Source: Takakia lepidozioides (Eukaryota; Plantae; Bryophyta). Taken from it: a stretch of 64,000 bases of DNA. The DNA is taken from contig CM060732.1 in NCBI GenBank assembly GCA_030704615.1, positions 53,816,001-53,880,000 of the forward strand. Reading direction: 5' to 3'. The position numbers and the translations under genes are program-made. The notes beneath the pieces were generated by a model. The model was not told the origin of the DNA, did no database searches, and worked only from the letters and a program-made list of their open reading frames with translations. Position 1 is the first letter of the stretch; the number at the start of each line of letters is the position of its first letter. Shown piece by piece: positions 12,555 through 23,829 of this stretch.

Positions 12555-13250
12555 CTTCCAGTTGACCATCTACCCATGTAGGTTTCTTGTACCTATCCTT
12601 CCACATGGAATCATAGGTAACGTGGAGCTTGAAATCCAGCCCTCTTGGATGAATGTGGACCCACACTCTATCCCTGCTCCTTCAGCTATCCATGCCTCTG
12701 ACAGCCTACAATTCTACCAGCAAACACCCCAACCATACTGGTGTGGAGTTCTTCCCCAAAACACCCCAACCCTACTTATCACAATCTGAAATGCATCTGC
12801 TTCTCTCTGTAGTCCAACAGGCATTCGCCTTTTTGTCTCCATTGTCCCACCATTGGGTCAGAAAGTGTTCACCCCAAAGCTTCTCCTCACCTCTATTATA
12901 TGTTTTTGGATACTTCCCTGCTGCCACACTGGCAGTAACTTGCCAAAGTCACTCCAAACCACCACAGATGTACCCAACGACCTAACTTACAGAATTCAAT
13001 ATGCATCTTGCCGCCGAGTCTGATGAGAGGGCAACACAGGCTGAAATAGGTTGAAGAAGAAAGTGCCCTACCACATTGTCCTTGACCTATCCTGACCCAT
13101 GGAGGATTTGACCGATGACCTCTTGTGTGTGTTGCTTGTGTCTGTAGTCAGGTAATGTCGGATTGGTCTGTCAGATCGAACCACTACGGCGTAGATGAGT
13201 AGTCAGAGATTGAAACACGCTTGCTAAGACCAAGCTGACATCATCGCGTT
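12555..13250 (-). pseudogene. Captured fragments of the PDF-motif gene inside the CACTA element
   Basis: IHPRGLDFKLHVTYDSMWKDRYKKPTWVDGQL and a degenerate W..DP..WWDN exon. Clear nucleotide similarity to 23930-24450, 26310-26830, 27230-27700 and 55500-56300. Confidence 0.8.
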
Positions 13251-14259
13251 CCATCCCTCAGCTATGTGGTGTGGCGCAGGAGACAAAAAGACGCCAAGTC
13301 CCAGCCCTGCTTTCTGTTCACGATTACACTAATGGACAACCTTATTAGCAATTTTTTTAACTTTTTTTAACCTAATGGGCAACCTTATTTGCATTATATG
13401 TGCCTTCAAAATGACACGTGTAGTGATGTAGTCGTATAAATAGAGCTCTGAAACCATCTTCAGTCATGGAGTCATAATATTCCATGAAACGTCGTTCACG
13501 TGTAGTCAAACATATCACACTAGTCATATAAACCATCCCTGTCATCATGGTCAACAATGTTTGACCAATGCTCCCTAACTTTCCGGAGTCATGTAGTGAT
13601 ATCCATTACTACAAAGTCATAAAACTAAAACTGTAATGCATTTCAGCGCTCTGTAGTCATGTACCTAGTGCAGTTTTTATGACTCCGCCAAACCCGTAGT
13701 CCTAAAAACGCTCATCTCTTGTAGTGCAATGCACCACTTGAATATGACTTTTATGTTCCTCCACCGTAACACGAGAGACAAAGCAATTGCTGTAAGCCAT
13801 CAGGAACCGCCGTATACATCGTCTTTCTCCTCCAGTGACAATGGGTCCAATGTTAGACTCCCAATTGTCCTCCGTAACTGCAACCTTAAGTTCAACAGAC
13901 TTAAGGTTGCAAAACGCTTCCTCTTAGAGGTAGAGGAAGCGTCCCGTGATTGCTATGCCGCAACCTCTTGAGCAGTGCTTCCTGCCTGCTTAGTCAATGA
14001 CAAGGCCTCAGCCTGCCCCATCATCTCATCCTTTAGGACCTCCTCAACCCGAGAAGAATCCCCAACCTCATCCATCACAACTGCCTTGGCTGCCAACTCC
14101 CTCTGAACCTCGAGCACCTCCCACGTGTGCCATGGATGTCTACACCCCGTGGTCCTCACCGGCTCGTCCACATTCACTGCCTGTACCGTCTCGGCAGGCA
14201 GAGAGACCGTCAAAGGAAGTGCACTCTGCACTCTACATTGCTCAACCATAGCCGAGCTG

Positions 14260-15201
14260 ATAATCCAGGTCAAGCAATTGAGATCCATCGCTTGCCACCA
14301 ACACCTGACGACGTGATGCCTCAGAAAAAGGCACCGCCGTGGTCCCAGTGGAAAAACCCATAGTCCGCTTGCGCTCGTCGGCATTAGGCTCCACTAACCG
14401 CTGCAATTGAGCATCCCAGAGGAGGCCAGGTCCACTAGCCCGAAAAGCATGTGATCCAGGAAAGCTGAGCAGTGTAGGTAGTGCTGCTCGTGGTTGACCC
14501 ACCTTGTCGACCACTGCCAAAGGCGAACGGTCATCGTATCTCACACCCTGAGACTGCCTCCCTGTGTCTAAAATGCTATCCATTGTGAGGTGTGTTGGCC
14601 GCTGCACCCCATCAAATGCACGCTTGAGCAGTGCGGGTGGCATCAAGTTAATCCACCATAATTGTGGACGATGAACCCGTGACCCCACTGCAGCTGCATC
14701 CAGCAACACTGCTGACCCAAGCCACGACCGGACTTGATGCACACTGGCCATCACCCTGGCCCGAGAATCGCCCATCAGTGGCACATTCTCCAAGATATAT
14801 GCTGGAGATACAACTTGATGAAGCTGTAAGTGGCGCAAAACCCGCACCATCTCCCAAAATAGACCCGACCTCGAGTCTCGCAATCCATTGTCATGCCTGG
14901 CTGATGAATGCCCTTGGCTGGGCCAACCCGCCACTACCAGATCAATAGAGCCAACCCGCGCCAAATCCTGCACCCCCAGCAAAGAGATGTCTGATGGCAA
15001 GGCCTGCTGATATCCACGAACCGCAGACACCTGCAACAACTCAGGGTACTGCTGCACCAACTGAGCAACATGACGGAGTGAGATGCGTCGTGCAGTCTCA
15101 TCCCTCTCCACATACAAGTAACGTCGTGCCCGTACACCTGCCTGTAGCACAACAGCCAATCCGGTGCTGATCCCGCCAAACAAGTCCAGAAGGCAAATGC
15201 C
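14260..15201 (-). pseudogene. C5 cytosine DNA methyltransferase domain (DNMT3-like) within Gypsy pol
   Basis: Motif I LLDLFGGI, II YLYVERD, IV DLVVAGWPSQG (canonical PCQ; AGC instead of TGC at 14917-14919), V GLRDSRSGLFWE, VI YILENV, VIII HRPQLWW, IX/X EPNADERKRTMGF..RRQVL/QAMD (frameshift ~14300). Confidence 0.9.
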
Positions 15202-15599
15202 TTTATCTGGACAGACTGCCACACGATCGGTGTGGTATCCAATGGTGACAACTGAGGTGGTCTTGGTGCAATCCCCGCACTGTCCTCCTCTCCTGACGGT
15301 AAAAAAGCCTCTACCCAGGCTTGTTGCACACGACAATCAGCAACCCGCTGCAAATCCTTGCTCGAGCCCCACAATGGAGTGTGAGCAACCATGGCAGGCA
15401 ACTCCGCCATACAATACATGTCATCATGCTCTCCCGGAGGTGACACATCCTCTGAATGAGCGTTGCCCTCAAGCAACTCTCCAGGCCAACTTACTGCAGC
15501 TGTGAATGCTGCCGGTGTCGGCATCTTGCCTCGATGGACAACCGCAACTCCTCCTATGAATGTCATAGGGAGTTACATACGCCGGCCCTCCCCTGACTA

Positions 15600-16052
15600 T
15601 CAACCAGGCCTATAGGAAGCTGACTCATCCCAAAAATCCAGGGTGAAGCCCATGGGGTACAACACTGCCCCACCAACAATGACATCATACGAGACTGCGT
15701 CTGTCACAATAGTCTTGGCTCTCATCACTGAGCAATCTGTAGGATGATCCGACTGTAGTCTGATCGCCAACTCACGCCGTGTCATGCCCCGAGCCTGCTC
15801 TGATCCTCCCATAGATGTCTATATCTGGAAAGGGCACGGCTCCATATCCGCCTCCGTGAGGCCCAAGCCTGCAATAGCAGCTCTGCCCAGCATCAATGGC
15901 TGAGCTCCCGAGTCCAACAAGACCCGTAGTGGCCGGTATCTCTTGCCTGTCAGTCCACTCAAACAGAAAATGTCATCCTGGTTGTCTAATATGACAACTC
16001 CAGGTGTCACCATGGCGCGCTCAATGGTTGGCCTAGCTGGCAGCTCCGCCAA
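15600..16052 (-). pseudogene. Retroviral-type aspartic protease
   Basis: RVLLDSGAQPLMLG active-site motif and SYDVIVGGAVL..MGFTLDF. In-frame stop at 15819. Confidence 0.8.
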
Positions 16053-16499
16053 CCTGGCAGCTGCAGCTTGCCATGGCAGTTTTGACCCTCACATCCGAGG
16101 ATCCCTCCGTCACTACACCTCCCACTATCTCCGCATAAGATGAAGTAACATCCCCACTCTCACAGAGTGTAGCTGCCAGCTTGAACACCTCAGCTGGTCT
16201 TACCCCCGGCATCGCAATCATGGTAGCCGAGAACAATGGAGCCTGGCACACAGATGTGGCCGCCCCCAGCAGCACACTAGCTGTCGTAGCCTTGGCAACA
16301 CTAGATAGTGGTGCTGCCCATGTAGCTCTCCCCAGTGGCATAGTAACCTCCGCTGCGGTAACAGTCGGGCGAGGACTAGGTGCCATGGACGGCGTCGATA
16401 CTGTCTCCACCAATGTGAATGACTGAGGAAGCCTTGCCTGACGGCTTGCCTCCCCACGCTGTGGATCCAACTCCACCTCCACACCCCGTGGCTCAGGAA

Positions 16500-17590
16500 C
16501 TCGTGCTGCTCCTCAAGTCACTGCCGCAACTGACTCCACTTGCACTAGTGGTAGTCTTGCCCCACACATAGTGGTAGTGGTAGTGCTGCCCGGCACTAGT
16601 GGTAGTGCTGCCCCACCCACAATGGTAGTGGTAGTGGCACCCCTCACTAGTGGTAGTGCTGCCCCACCCATAGTGGTAGTGGTAATGGCACCCCTCACTA
16701 GTGGTAGTGCTGCCCCGCACATGAATCCCATGCCTCCCATGTCTTCTCCCTCGGGAGCAGGAGGTGGACCATCCGACCTTAGAGCCGGTACCACCTGAGC
16801 TGTGGCCATGGCAACGAGCCTCTGCTCTAGCTGTTGAAGCCGGTTGGCCATGCCTTGGTCACCACCCTGACCTCCGCATCCTTGGCCATGTTGAGCTTGC
16901 CCTTGGCCTGCACCTCATGCCTAGCCACCTCGTCCTCTCTGGGCTGCTCCACCTCGCCCCCGGCCACCATTGTTCCCTTGGAACTGGCGTGGGCGCAACT
17001 CAGGATGCAAACCATAGCACTGGGCCTCTCCATGCCTATACTTGCCACAATGCCCACACTGCAACTGTGCAGGCTGTGCTTGTGCCAAACCATTGCCTCC
17101 CTCTGGGCAATCCTTCTTGACATAGGGTCCTCCACATGTCCAGCACACCACATCCGCCCGTTGTTGGCCAGCAAATGAAAGGAGAGACCCTTGCATCTAA
17201 GGTCCTCTCTGCCCTTCCCTGGGCTTCACCTGAGCCCCTTTATTGCCTTGAGCACGTTGAGGTAGTGGCTGGCTAGGAGCACCACTACCCCGTGGTGCCT
17301 CCTTAGCAAATCCCACCATAACCACTCATTCCTCCACCATGTTGAGCTCTATCCGCTCTGCGAGCAAAAACACATTTGCTAAGGTGGGTTGGGCCGCTTG
17401 TAGGAGAGTTGCATCCCGCACCCTTCTCGATCCTCAACTTCTTGTCCAATATGCCATACCAGAATTGGACTGCCTGAGGCTCCGTAACCCCCTTGGGTTA
17501 CATTTATCAAGTGCCTCATGCAAGTGAAAGCCTCCCTCAAGCTCTCAGTAGGCTTCCGTTGGAACTCTTGCAAGCTCCTCAAGCACCACG
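16500..17590 (-). pseudogene. Gag with two zinc knuckles and a 51-bp tandem repeat
   Basis: FQRKPTESLREAF..M, CWTCGGPYVKKDC, CGHCGKYRHGEAQC. ACTAGTGGTAGT repeats at ~16544/16596/16647/16698. Confidence 0.75.
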
Positions 17591-18706
17591 GCTTCCCACG
17601 GTCACGGTCAACGGTCACGATCAACAGTTCCCTGCATTCCCAGGAACTCCACACGAGTTCCCATGCATTCCCGATCGCTCCCGGGACGTTCCCACGCATT
17701 CCCGAGCTCTCCCCGAGCTGGGGTTTGCTCCTGCACTTGCTGCCGCTGAGCTATGGCTTCTGCGGAGCCATCAGCCCTGTTGCCCTGCACTCTTGAGCTC
17801 TCACGGCCCACTAGATGCACTCTAAACTCAACAAACAAGCAATATGTTGCACAACAAGCTCCATTTCTTCATGAAGCTCACAAAAACGAATCTGACACAC
17901 CTTTACAAACTTGGTGCACCTGCACTTCTCATGCATATCCCCTGGCTCTAGGGTGCCTCGTTGCTGCCCTTCCAGCCCCGCTCTTGTCACTCCAAGAGCC
18001 CTTACACTGCTGAGTTTCAGATTGAAACTCCAACTCAGCACATGTTTCACAAATGCACTGATTTGCACACAAGAGGGACCAGCCCCCTCTCTTCACTCAT
18101 ACCTCTTCATGAGCTTGGAGCTGAAGCTCCCAACGGGCTGCGATACATCCCCTCGCAGCTCCACCATTCGGCTGCTCCTTATCTACCCGCAACAACTAGT
18201 TTCGGGCAGAAATACCTAGAGCTGATCATATCATCTCCAACCTGCAACATGCTAGCTTCCCATGCGCAGCCCACATTTCTGCAGCTCCTCAACTCGGCCT
18301 GCAGCTGAAGAAGACGACCACAGTTCGCCCACTCATGGCCAACATCTCTTCCGCTTCACACTGAACCGCATACTCCTGTGCCATAGCGTTGAGCTATGCA
18401 ACACTGACCGCCTCTCTATCCATTGCAAACCTGCAACCTGCTCGCCTTTGCACTCTATCCGCTTTGGATAGGCTCATGCACGAATCCCTGCATTCTAAGT
18501 TGAACCGCTTTTCATGATCTGAAAATACAAGTGCTACAGCTAACTCAAACTTGGCACTCACAAACTCGAGCTGATCTTTCCCGAGTGATAAAGAAAGGAA
18601 TGATACAAGCACACAAGCTCTCTCAAACTCACACACTTGCACATGAAAACATCACTCATATATTAAGTCGAACCAAGTGCACCCCACGCCACGGGGAATC
18701 CACACT

Positions 18707-18715
18707 ACGGCGCCA
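18707..18715 (-). other. Putative primer-binding site remnant
   Basis: Minus strand TGGCGCCGT matches the first 9 nt of the tRNA-Asp-type PBS (TGGCGCCGTTGCC). It lies upstream of gag but is not preceded by an LTR-terminal CA. Confidence 0.4.
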
Positions 18716-18859
18716 TAGCTAGAGGCCGTGAGGCTCAACTCGATAAAGATGAGCCCACCGCGATCTGCCGTGAAGATAACAACACCAGGTGCCCAAACAT
18801 ATATTGGCCCTTGGATTAACACTTGGGTCAATCCCAAATGTTTCCTAGCTAGTTTCACA

Positions 18860-19557
18860 CTAGTGGTAAAATAACTTGGCATACCCATGTGTGAAGGCGT
18901 GCTTAGAAAGATCTTTTCTGATCTTGGGTTGAGGGGAAGAAGACTTGGGCTTGTTTGCTAGCAACTTTTTGCGGATGTTCTCAAGAGAAACGGACCAAGC
19001 TACTTCAAGAATTTGACTCTTCATGGGATGGCGAAACATCATCTGCTCAAGAAATTGAGAACAAAGTACTTTCAATCTTGCCATCCCCAGTCAATGGTGG
19101 CCCATCTAGCCCCTGGCCATCCCCCCTGCATTTTGAAGACAACATCAACTGGAAACATAGGAAGAATAGAAACTCAAAAATTAAAGCTCATCTAAATTTC
19201 GAGGCTCTCAAATCCAAAAGATAGATTCGTTACTGCCTTCCCCTTCTTTACCTTAGCTTCTCATTGCTTGGCAATATGGTTGACAGCCTTGTGGTCCGGT
19301 TTCACACATGGCAGACGTTGTTATTAGATTTATGCCATGACTGTCCTTTTGTGGCCCGGTTCTCAACAGCTGTTTTTTTTTTAATGAGTATACGGCTGGT
19401 GTCATTTTTGCTCCCCATAGCGGTGATCTGGGAGGTTCCCCACGATTGTATTGCCTAATGGCCCCCAACAAGGTTATTTTTTTCTTGTCATTGAATTTGA
19501 TAAACAGGGCTGGGCCGTCCCCTTTTCCTTAAAAGGAAAAATAAAAAATAAAAAAAT
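18860..19557 (+). mobile_element. 5'-truncated LINE 3' end
   Basis: Degenerate ORF2-like tail (KTWACLL..KRTKLLQEFDSSW..NIICSR), followed by a T-rich UTR and ...CCCCTTTTCCTTAAAAGGAAAAATAAAAAATAAAAAAA. Confidence 0.4.
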
Positions 19558-20496
19558 GTATTGGGCCGGCCTCACATCTAAATTCTTCAAATTCCGATAA
19601 GTCAAAATTGATAGCTTATCAGAATGCTACTATTGAAATTATGTCCGCAAAAACATATATTTTTGGTTATTATCTCCATTCTCTCCTTTGTCGGTCGCAC
19701 ACATGCATCTGGATAGAGGATGATTTTCTATTAATCTGGAAATGGATGCTATGGATGATGTAACCTAAGTTCAAAACCAACTCAGCAAGATCATTCCTTG
19801 GAAATTTTAATGGAGATTAAGCAAAGCTTTATTGGCTCCTTTGTATTCAAAAGAGGAGACTACGCATCAGTGTACCCCAAAATCGCTAAGTCCCTGTTGT
19901 GCCTTCCCTAGGTGTCACCTCTTCTCCGATGAAAACTACTTCAGGAACCTCCTGGTAACACCTCCCTCAAGTAACATTTCTCTTATTGAACAATGTATGA
20001 AGAATAAATGGATGACGTTTCAAATTTATTAAGGATGAAAGTAGATTTCACTATTCACAAAGAGGAGCTATACGCGACTAGCCACTTATTTTCAAAGCAT
20101 TTCCACATATTAACCCTCATTGTTTCAGGTTCGATTTTGGAATTTCCAAATCTCATTGTACAAATGGATCTCTTGAATGTATATACTAGATTGGAGGTAA
20201 TCTGCATTTTTTTTTAAAAATGTATGATTAGTCTATGGTACGAAAGCCATGCTTCCAATGGAATTTCTAATTCCAACCATGAGGATTGAAGGAGGAAAAA
20301 GTATGGAATTGATGGACTCCATACTTTGACCTGCAGTGTGGGAGATATTGAATTTCAAGTGTTTTTCATGGTCACGGGGTGGTATTCCTTAATACGCTTC
20401 ATGGCCTGTATGTAACGGGTTTTTTTTCCCGTCCTTTATTTATTAATATGATTTACAGGGCCTCCATTCCCCTTTGTTCAAAATTAAAAAACAATG

Positions 20497-20722
20497 CACA
20501 TCGGCTGGTAGCTGATCAGCTGGTAAGTGCACATGTGTGGTTCAAGGTTCAAACCTGCTGCCCTGCGCGGTGTGTGGATTGTTCGTGACCGGGTGGTCTG
20601 GTGGTGATGTTTCCCTCCTATGTGCCTAATGGCTTATCTGAAAGGGGGCTAATTTTCCCCCCTCCTCAAGGGCCTGAATTGTGAGCAGTCGCTCCCAGGT
20701 TTCCTTTAAGAAAAAAAAAAAA
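20497..20722 (+). mobile_element. tRNA-derived SINE, copy 1
   Basis: A-box-like TAGCTGATCAGCTGG, B-box GGTTCAAACC and a poly(A) tail after TTTCCTTTAAG. Possible AAAAAACAA TSD. Homologous to 29317-29524. Confidence 0.7.
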
Positions 20723-21375
20723 CAAATAAACAAAAGTGTTTTTTATCACCGAAAAATTCATGAAGAATAGCAAATTAGGTTTCCCATCATTTGTCTTTTG
20801 GTACAATGGTCATTAATGTAAATATGTCATATACTTAGTAAAACGATGGTACAATATGTGATAAGCCTCCCCAAAACCACCAAACTAGCTTTGTCACGTA
20901 TGCAATCAACCCATTCCTTGCCACCCCAAATTCCAATAAGCTGGTTTTCTAAAATTCATAGCTTCCAACTTGGGGTAGTAGATTGGATGCTTTTACCTGG
21001 AGCATGTCTAATAACTTATGTCAGATACGCTAACAATGCTTCAAACCACATTTAATTTGGATCAGAGCTGCAAAAGTTATATCCAAAAATCTAAAACCGC
21101 AATACCCAGGCAGTTAAGGGTCAGTCCAATAAATTAGATCCATTTGACCTAATGATGATCAACAGGAAGACATATAAATATCATGGGATGCAGGATGATA
21201 TGTCTACTTGAGAATCGATTTTCTGGTAAGTTTTGCATTAGAGTCTTGGTGTACTTGAGAAACCCACACAACATAATGAGAGGAAAAACCCCATCTCTGA
21301 ATTTCGGGAATCACTATAGAGTAGAGAACAGATCTTTACTACATCATATTCAGCTAGTTGAGGTTAAGCTAATTT

Positions 21376-21987
21376 TTAAGTCTTGCCGTTAGCATCACTT
21401 AAGCCATGATGGAGTGCTCTTGGCGCAAACCTCCTTCCGCGCAAGAATCCTCCAACATCGACGGTCACTCGAAAGTCCTCCGTTCTTGTTGCACTCTCCC
21501 TAAGCTCAGCCACAGTCGTTTTATAGCCAACTGTGTGCGCCAGGGAGGTTGGGCGAACCACAACACCATCCAAGTTAATCCCACTTTTCCAATGTCCGCT
21601 CTCGATATCTATCATTGAGAACCTCAAATCTGCACTCCCCACTTCTTCTACAACAAACTCTCCCACATCGTAGATCCAGTCGTCTTCCACCACTCGAACA
21701 AGTTTTATATTTTGTAGCTGATCTTGACGCCTGGCAAATTCAACCCGATTGCTCAAGAAACGGTGGTTGCTGGAAGCCTGGGTGCCATCACTCAAAGCAA
21801 GAGAGAATTCCGTGGGTGCACTTGCCCAGCCGTATACATGATCGCCATCCCTGGAGTCCCTGCTATCATTCAACTGAAGTCGAAATGCTAGTGTGTAAGA
21901 ATCTGGTGGTAATAGGCAATGCAACTCGCCGGTAGCTTCAAACCAGCACACCTCCTTCAAAGATGCTACCTCTGGCCATATGTACAT
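21376..21987 (-). pseudogene. Phloem protein 2 (PP2) domain, probably the last exon of an F-box/PP2 gene with disrupted upstream exons
   Basis: EVASLKEVCWFEATG..LPPDSYTLAFRL..VYGW..P.EF..YDVGEF..LRFSM.DI..HWKSG..LDGVVVRP. The upstream middle exon was not found, and TE sequence starts ~22300. Confidence 0.75.
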
Positions 21988-22309
21988 GGCCCAAACAGTT
22001 TTGAGCTACATGCAGTTACTCACAATAGGATCATAATGCCTCGTAGGTAAGCAGGGGGCAGACAGGCAAATGACATGTTATGTAATCAACAAGTATTGTT
22101 GTTTACTAACAAAGTTATGCTCAAGTTACCTCAATCTATCAACTGGTATAAACAGCATCAACATAACATTTTACATCGCACGTACTTTCTGAAAGCCCTT
22201 CCAAACCTCACTCCTTCATGCTCCCTAAGATGCAAGAACAAAACTTACAAGAGTCTCTCTGTCATGCCAAGTGCGCTGATAGGTTCTAAGATTGAATAAT
22301 ACAAATTAC

Positions 22310-22500
22310 GGAGACCACATGGCATTTCCGTTCCACCATATTGTCATTTACACGTGTCCCGGAAATGCGGTGCCGCATTTCCGTTAGGACTGTTTCACCT
22401 GAAGACTCCGGACAGAAATGCGGCACCGCATTTATGTTCATCCCTTCCGTCAATTATACAGAAAATGGAATATTGTGCTGCATTTCCGTCCGGACACTCT
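22310..22500. repeat. Palindromic subterminal-type repeats of a DNA-transposon fragment
   Basis: GGAAATGCGGTGCCGCATTTCC and variants at ~22361, 22415 and 22470. Confidence 0.45.
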
Positions 22501-22518
22501 GAAACGAAGATGTCATAG

Positions 22519-23020
22519 CACTAGAAGCATTCGTGTCATTTACCACTGGGGTAACGACTCATTTTGAGTCGTAAAAGTAAAAAAACCGGGATCGACTGGA
22601 AGTTACAAATGACTAATTACAACAGACGTGGAAGTTGGGTCGGACATCCAATGATTGGAGTGGTAAAGGACACAGACGCGCGAACAACTGCTCAGCGATT
22701 ATTGCGATTAATGCTGAAGAACCACGTGGCGTAAAACCACGTGGCGTAACCAGGCGGGCCGCCCATGCGTCTGACCTTTTGGGCTGACTTTGACTTTTCC
22801 CTCCGGATGAGTGGACTGACTTACCGGAGCATGGTGACACATGGACACAGACGTGGACGCGGACGTGGATGACGATGTGGATGCCGACGTGGCGGCGCCA
22901 CAGCAAGCAACACTGCTGTCACGTGGCCACGGGCCCGGGGCGCCACGTGGTAGTTGACCACATAACTTGCAATGCTACATGCCCAGTGGCAATTGCGACT
23001 GCGGAAGTCAGTGCAACCAC
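22519..23020 (+). mobile_element. CACTA left terminus (CACTAG type) with subterminal region
   Basis: CACTAGAAGCATTCG at 22519, then ACGACTC/GAGTCGT and CCACGTGG-rich subterminal repeats. Confidence 0.55.
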
Positions 23021-23265
23021 TGCTTTACTACTTTAAATGAAGTGCTCGAAATTACTTGAACAATCACTCATATTGGCTCATGCTTTGAAGTTTTGGTGTT
23101 TGTAATGAGCCGACTAGTACATACGCATGTAATGCCATACAAGAGAACTAATCATGTCATTAGAAATGCAAAAACAATGAAAGACATGCCATGAAACAAA
23201 ACAAAATGAAAATGAAATGAAATGAAACAAATGGTACTTCATTACATCTGCGGAAAGCTCAAAGA

Positions 23266-23780
23266 CACTACAACAAATTGCGGCTTTTACGTCTCTGTGT
23301 TATGACTGCAAATGCAGTCATGGAAGCCATTTACGACTTCCTGACTCTGCAGACGTAAAGACCTAGTCAGTTGTGACATGGCAGATATGACTCTCCAGGC
23401 TGGCTGTCACGTGGCGCCAGAGCAGCTGTGGGGGTAGTCATACACGCTCGCATTACTGAATGACTGAACGGGTCCATGTCAGCCGTTGTGTAATAGAGAC
23501 ACGTGCTCTACAGAACACGCCACGTGTCAGACTGCGACGCCATCCGACTGCAGAGAAGGGAATCAGACGTCAGCATGTGTCGCATCGTGATTTTGACACG
23601 TGGTTCCTCATGTCAATTGACACGCGTCGCTGTTGGGGGTTGTAGATTTACTTTATTGTTATTATAATTACTAAAATAATTATTATAATTATTTGATTAT
23701 AATTATTATTACTGACCAACATGGGACAGTGGCACATTATTAAATAACGAATTTTTGAAATTATATTCTTAGATAAAATA
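23266..23780 (+). mobile_element. CACTA left terminus followed by gene-fragment cargo
   Basis: CACTACAACAAATTGCGGCTTTTACG at 23266, ATGACT/AGTCAT subterminal motifs and an AT-rich spacer, then PDF/PPR fragments. Confidence 0.75.
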
Positions 23781-23829
23781 TTTATTCGCTCAGATACCAA
23801 AACACACCCTTACGGGGAAGGAGAGTTTG

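Larger units (their letters stand above)
1509..13726. mobile_element. CACTA (En/Spm) DNA transposon, right TIR intact, left TIR missing
   Basis: Right end ...CTCATCTCTTGTAGTG at 13726 (reverse complement CACTACAAGAGATGAG). ATGACTAC/GTAGTCAT subterminal motifs at 1550-1900 and 13420-13700. Internal TnpD and TnpA-like genes. No CACTA motif at the left junction. Confidence 0.85.
13727..18715 (-). mobile_element. Ty3/Gypsy LTR retrotransposon internal region (5' part): gag, protease, DNA methyltransferase, RT remnant
   Basis: Colinear minus-strand domains listed below. RT remnant TVEEHKSHIQVV lies directly against the CACTA TIR. No LTR recognised. Confidence 0.8.

Noticed and set aside
14242-15336. 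Host DNMT3/DRM gene or bacterial restriction-modification contaminant
   Set aside because: Intronless, colinear with gag-protease-RT and decayed like them. No UBA domains, no DRM motif permutation and no partner endonuclease.
19253-19471. Minus-strand RNase H remnant (HKAVNHIAKQ)
   Set aside because: Only a few residues resemble the motif, and the plus-strand LINE-tail reading explains the region better.
20500-20575. tRNA gene
   Set aside because: A/B boxes are present but there is no cloverleaf. It continues into a body and poly(A) tail shared with 29317, so it is a SINE.
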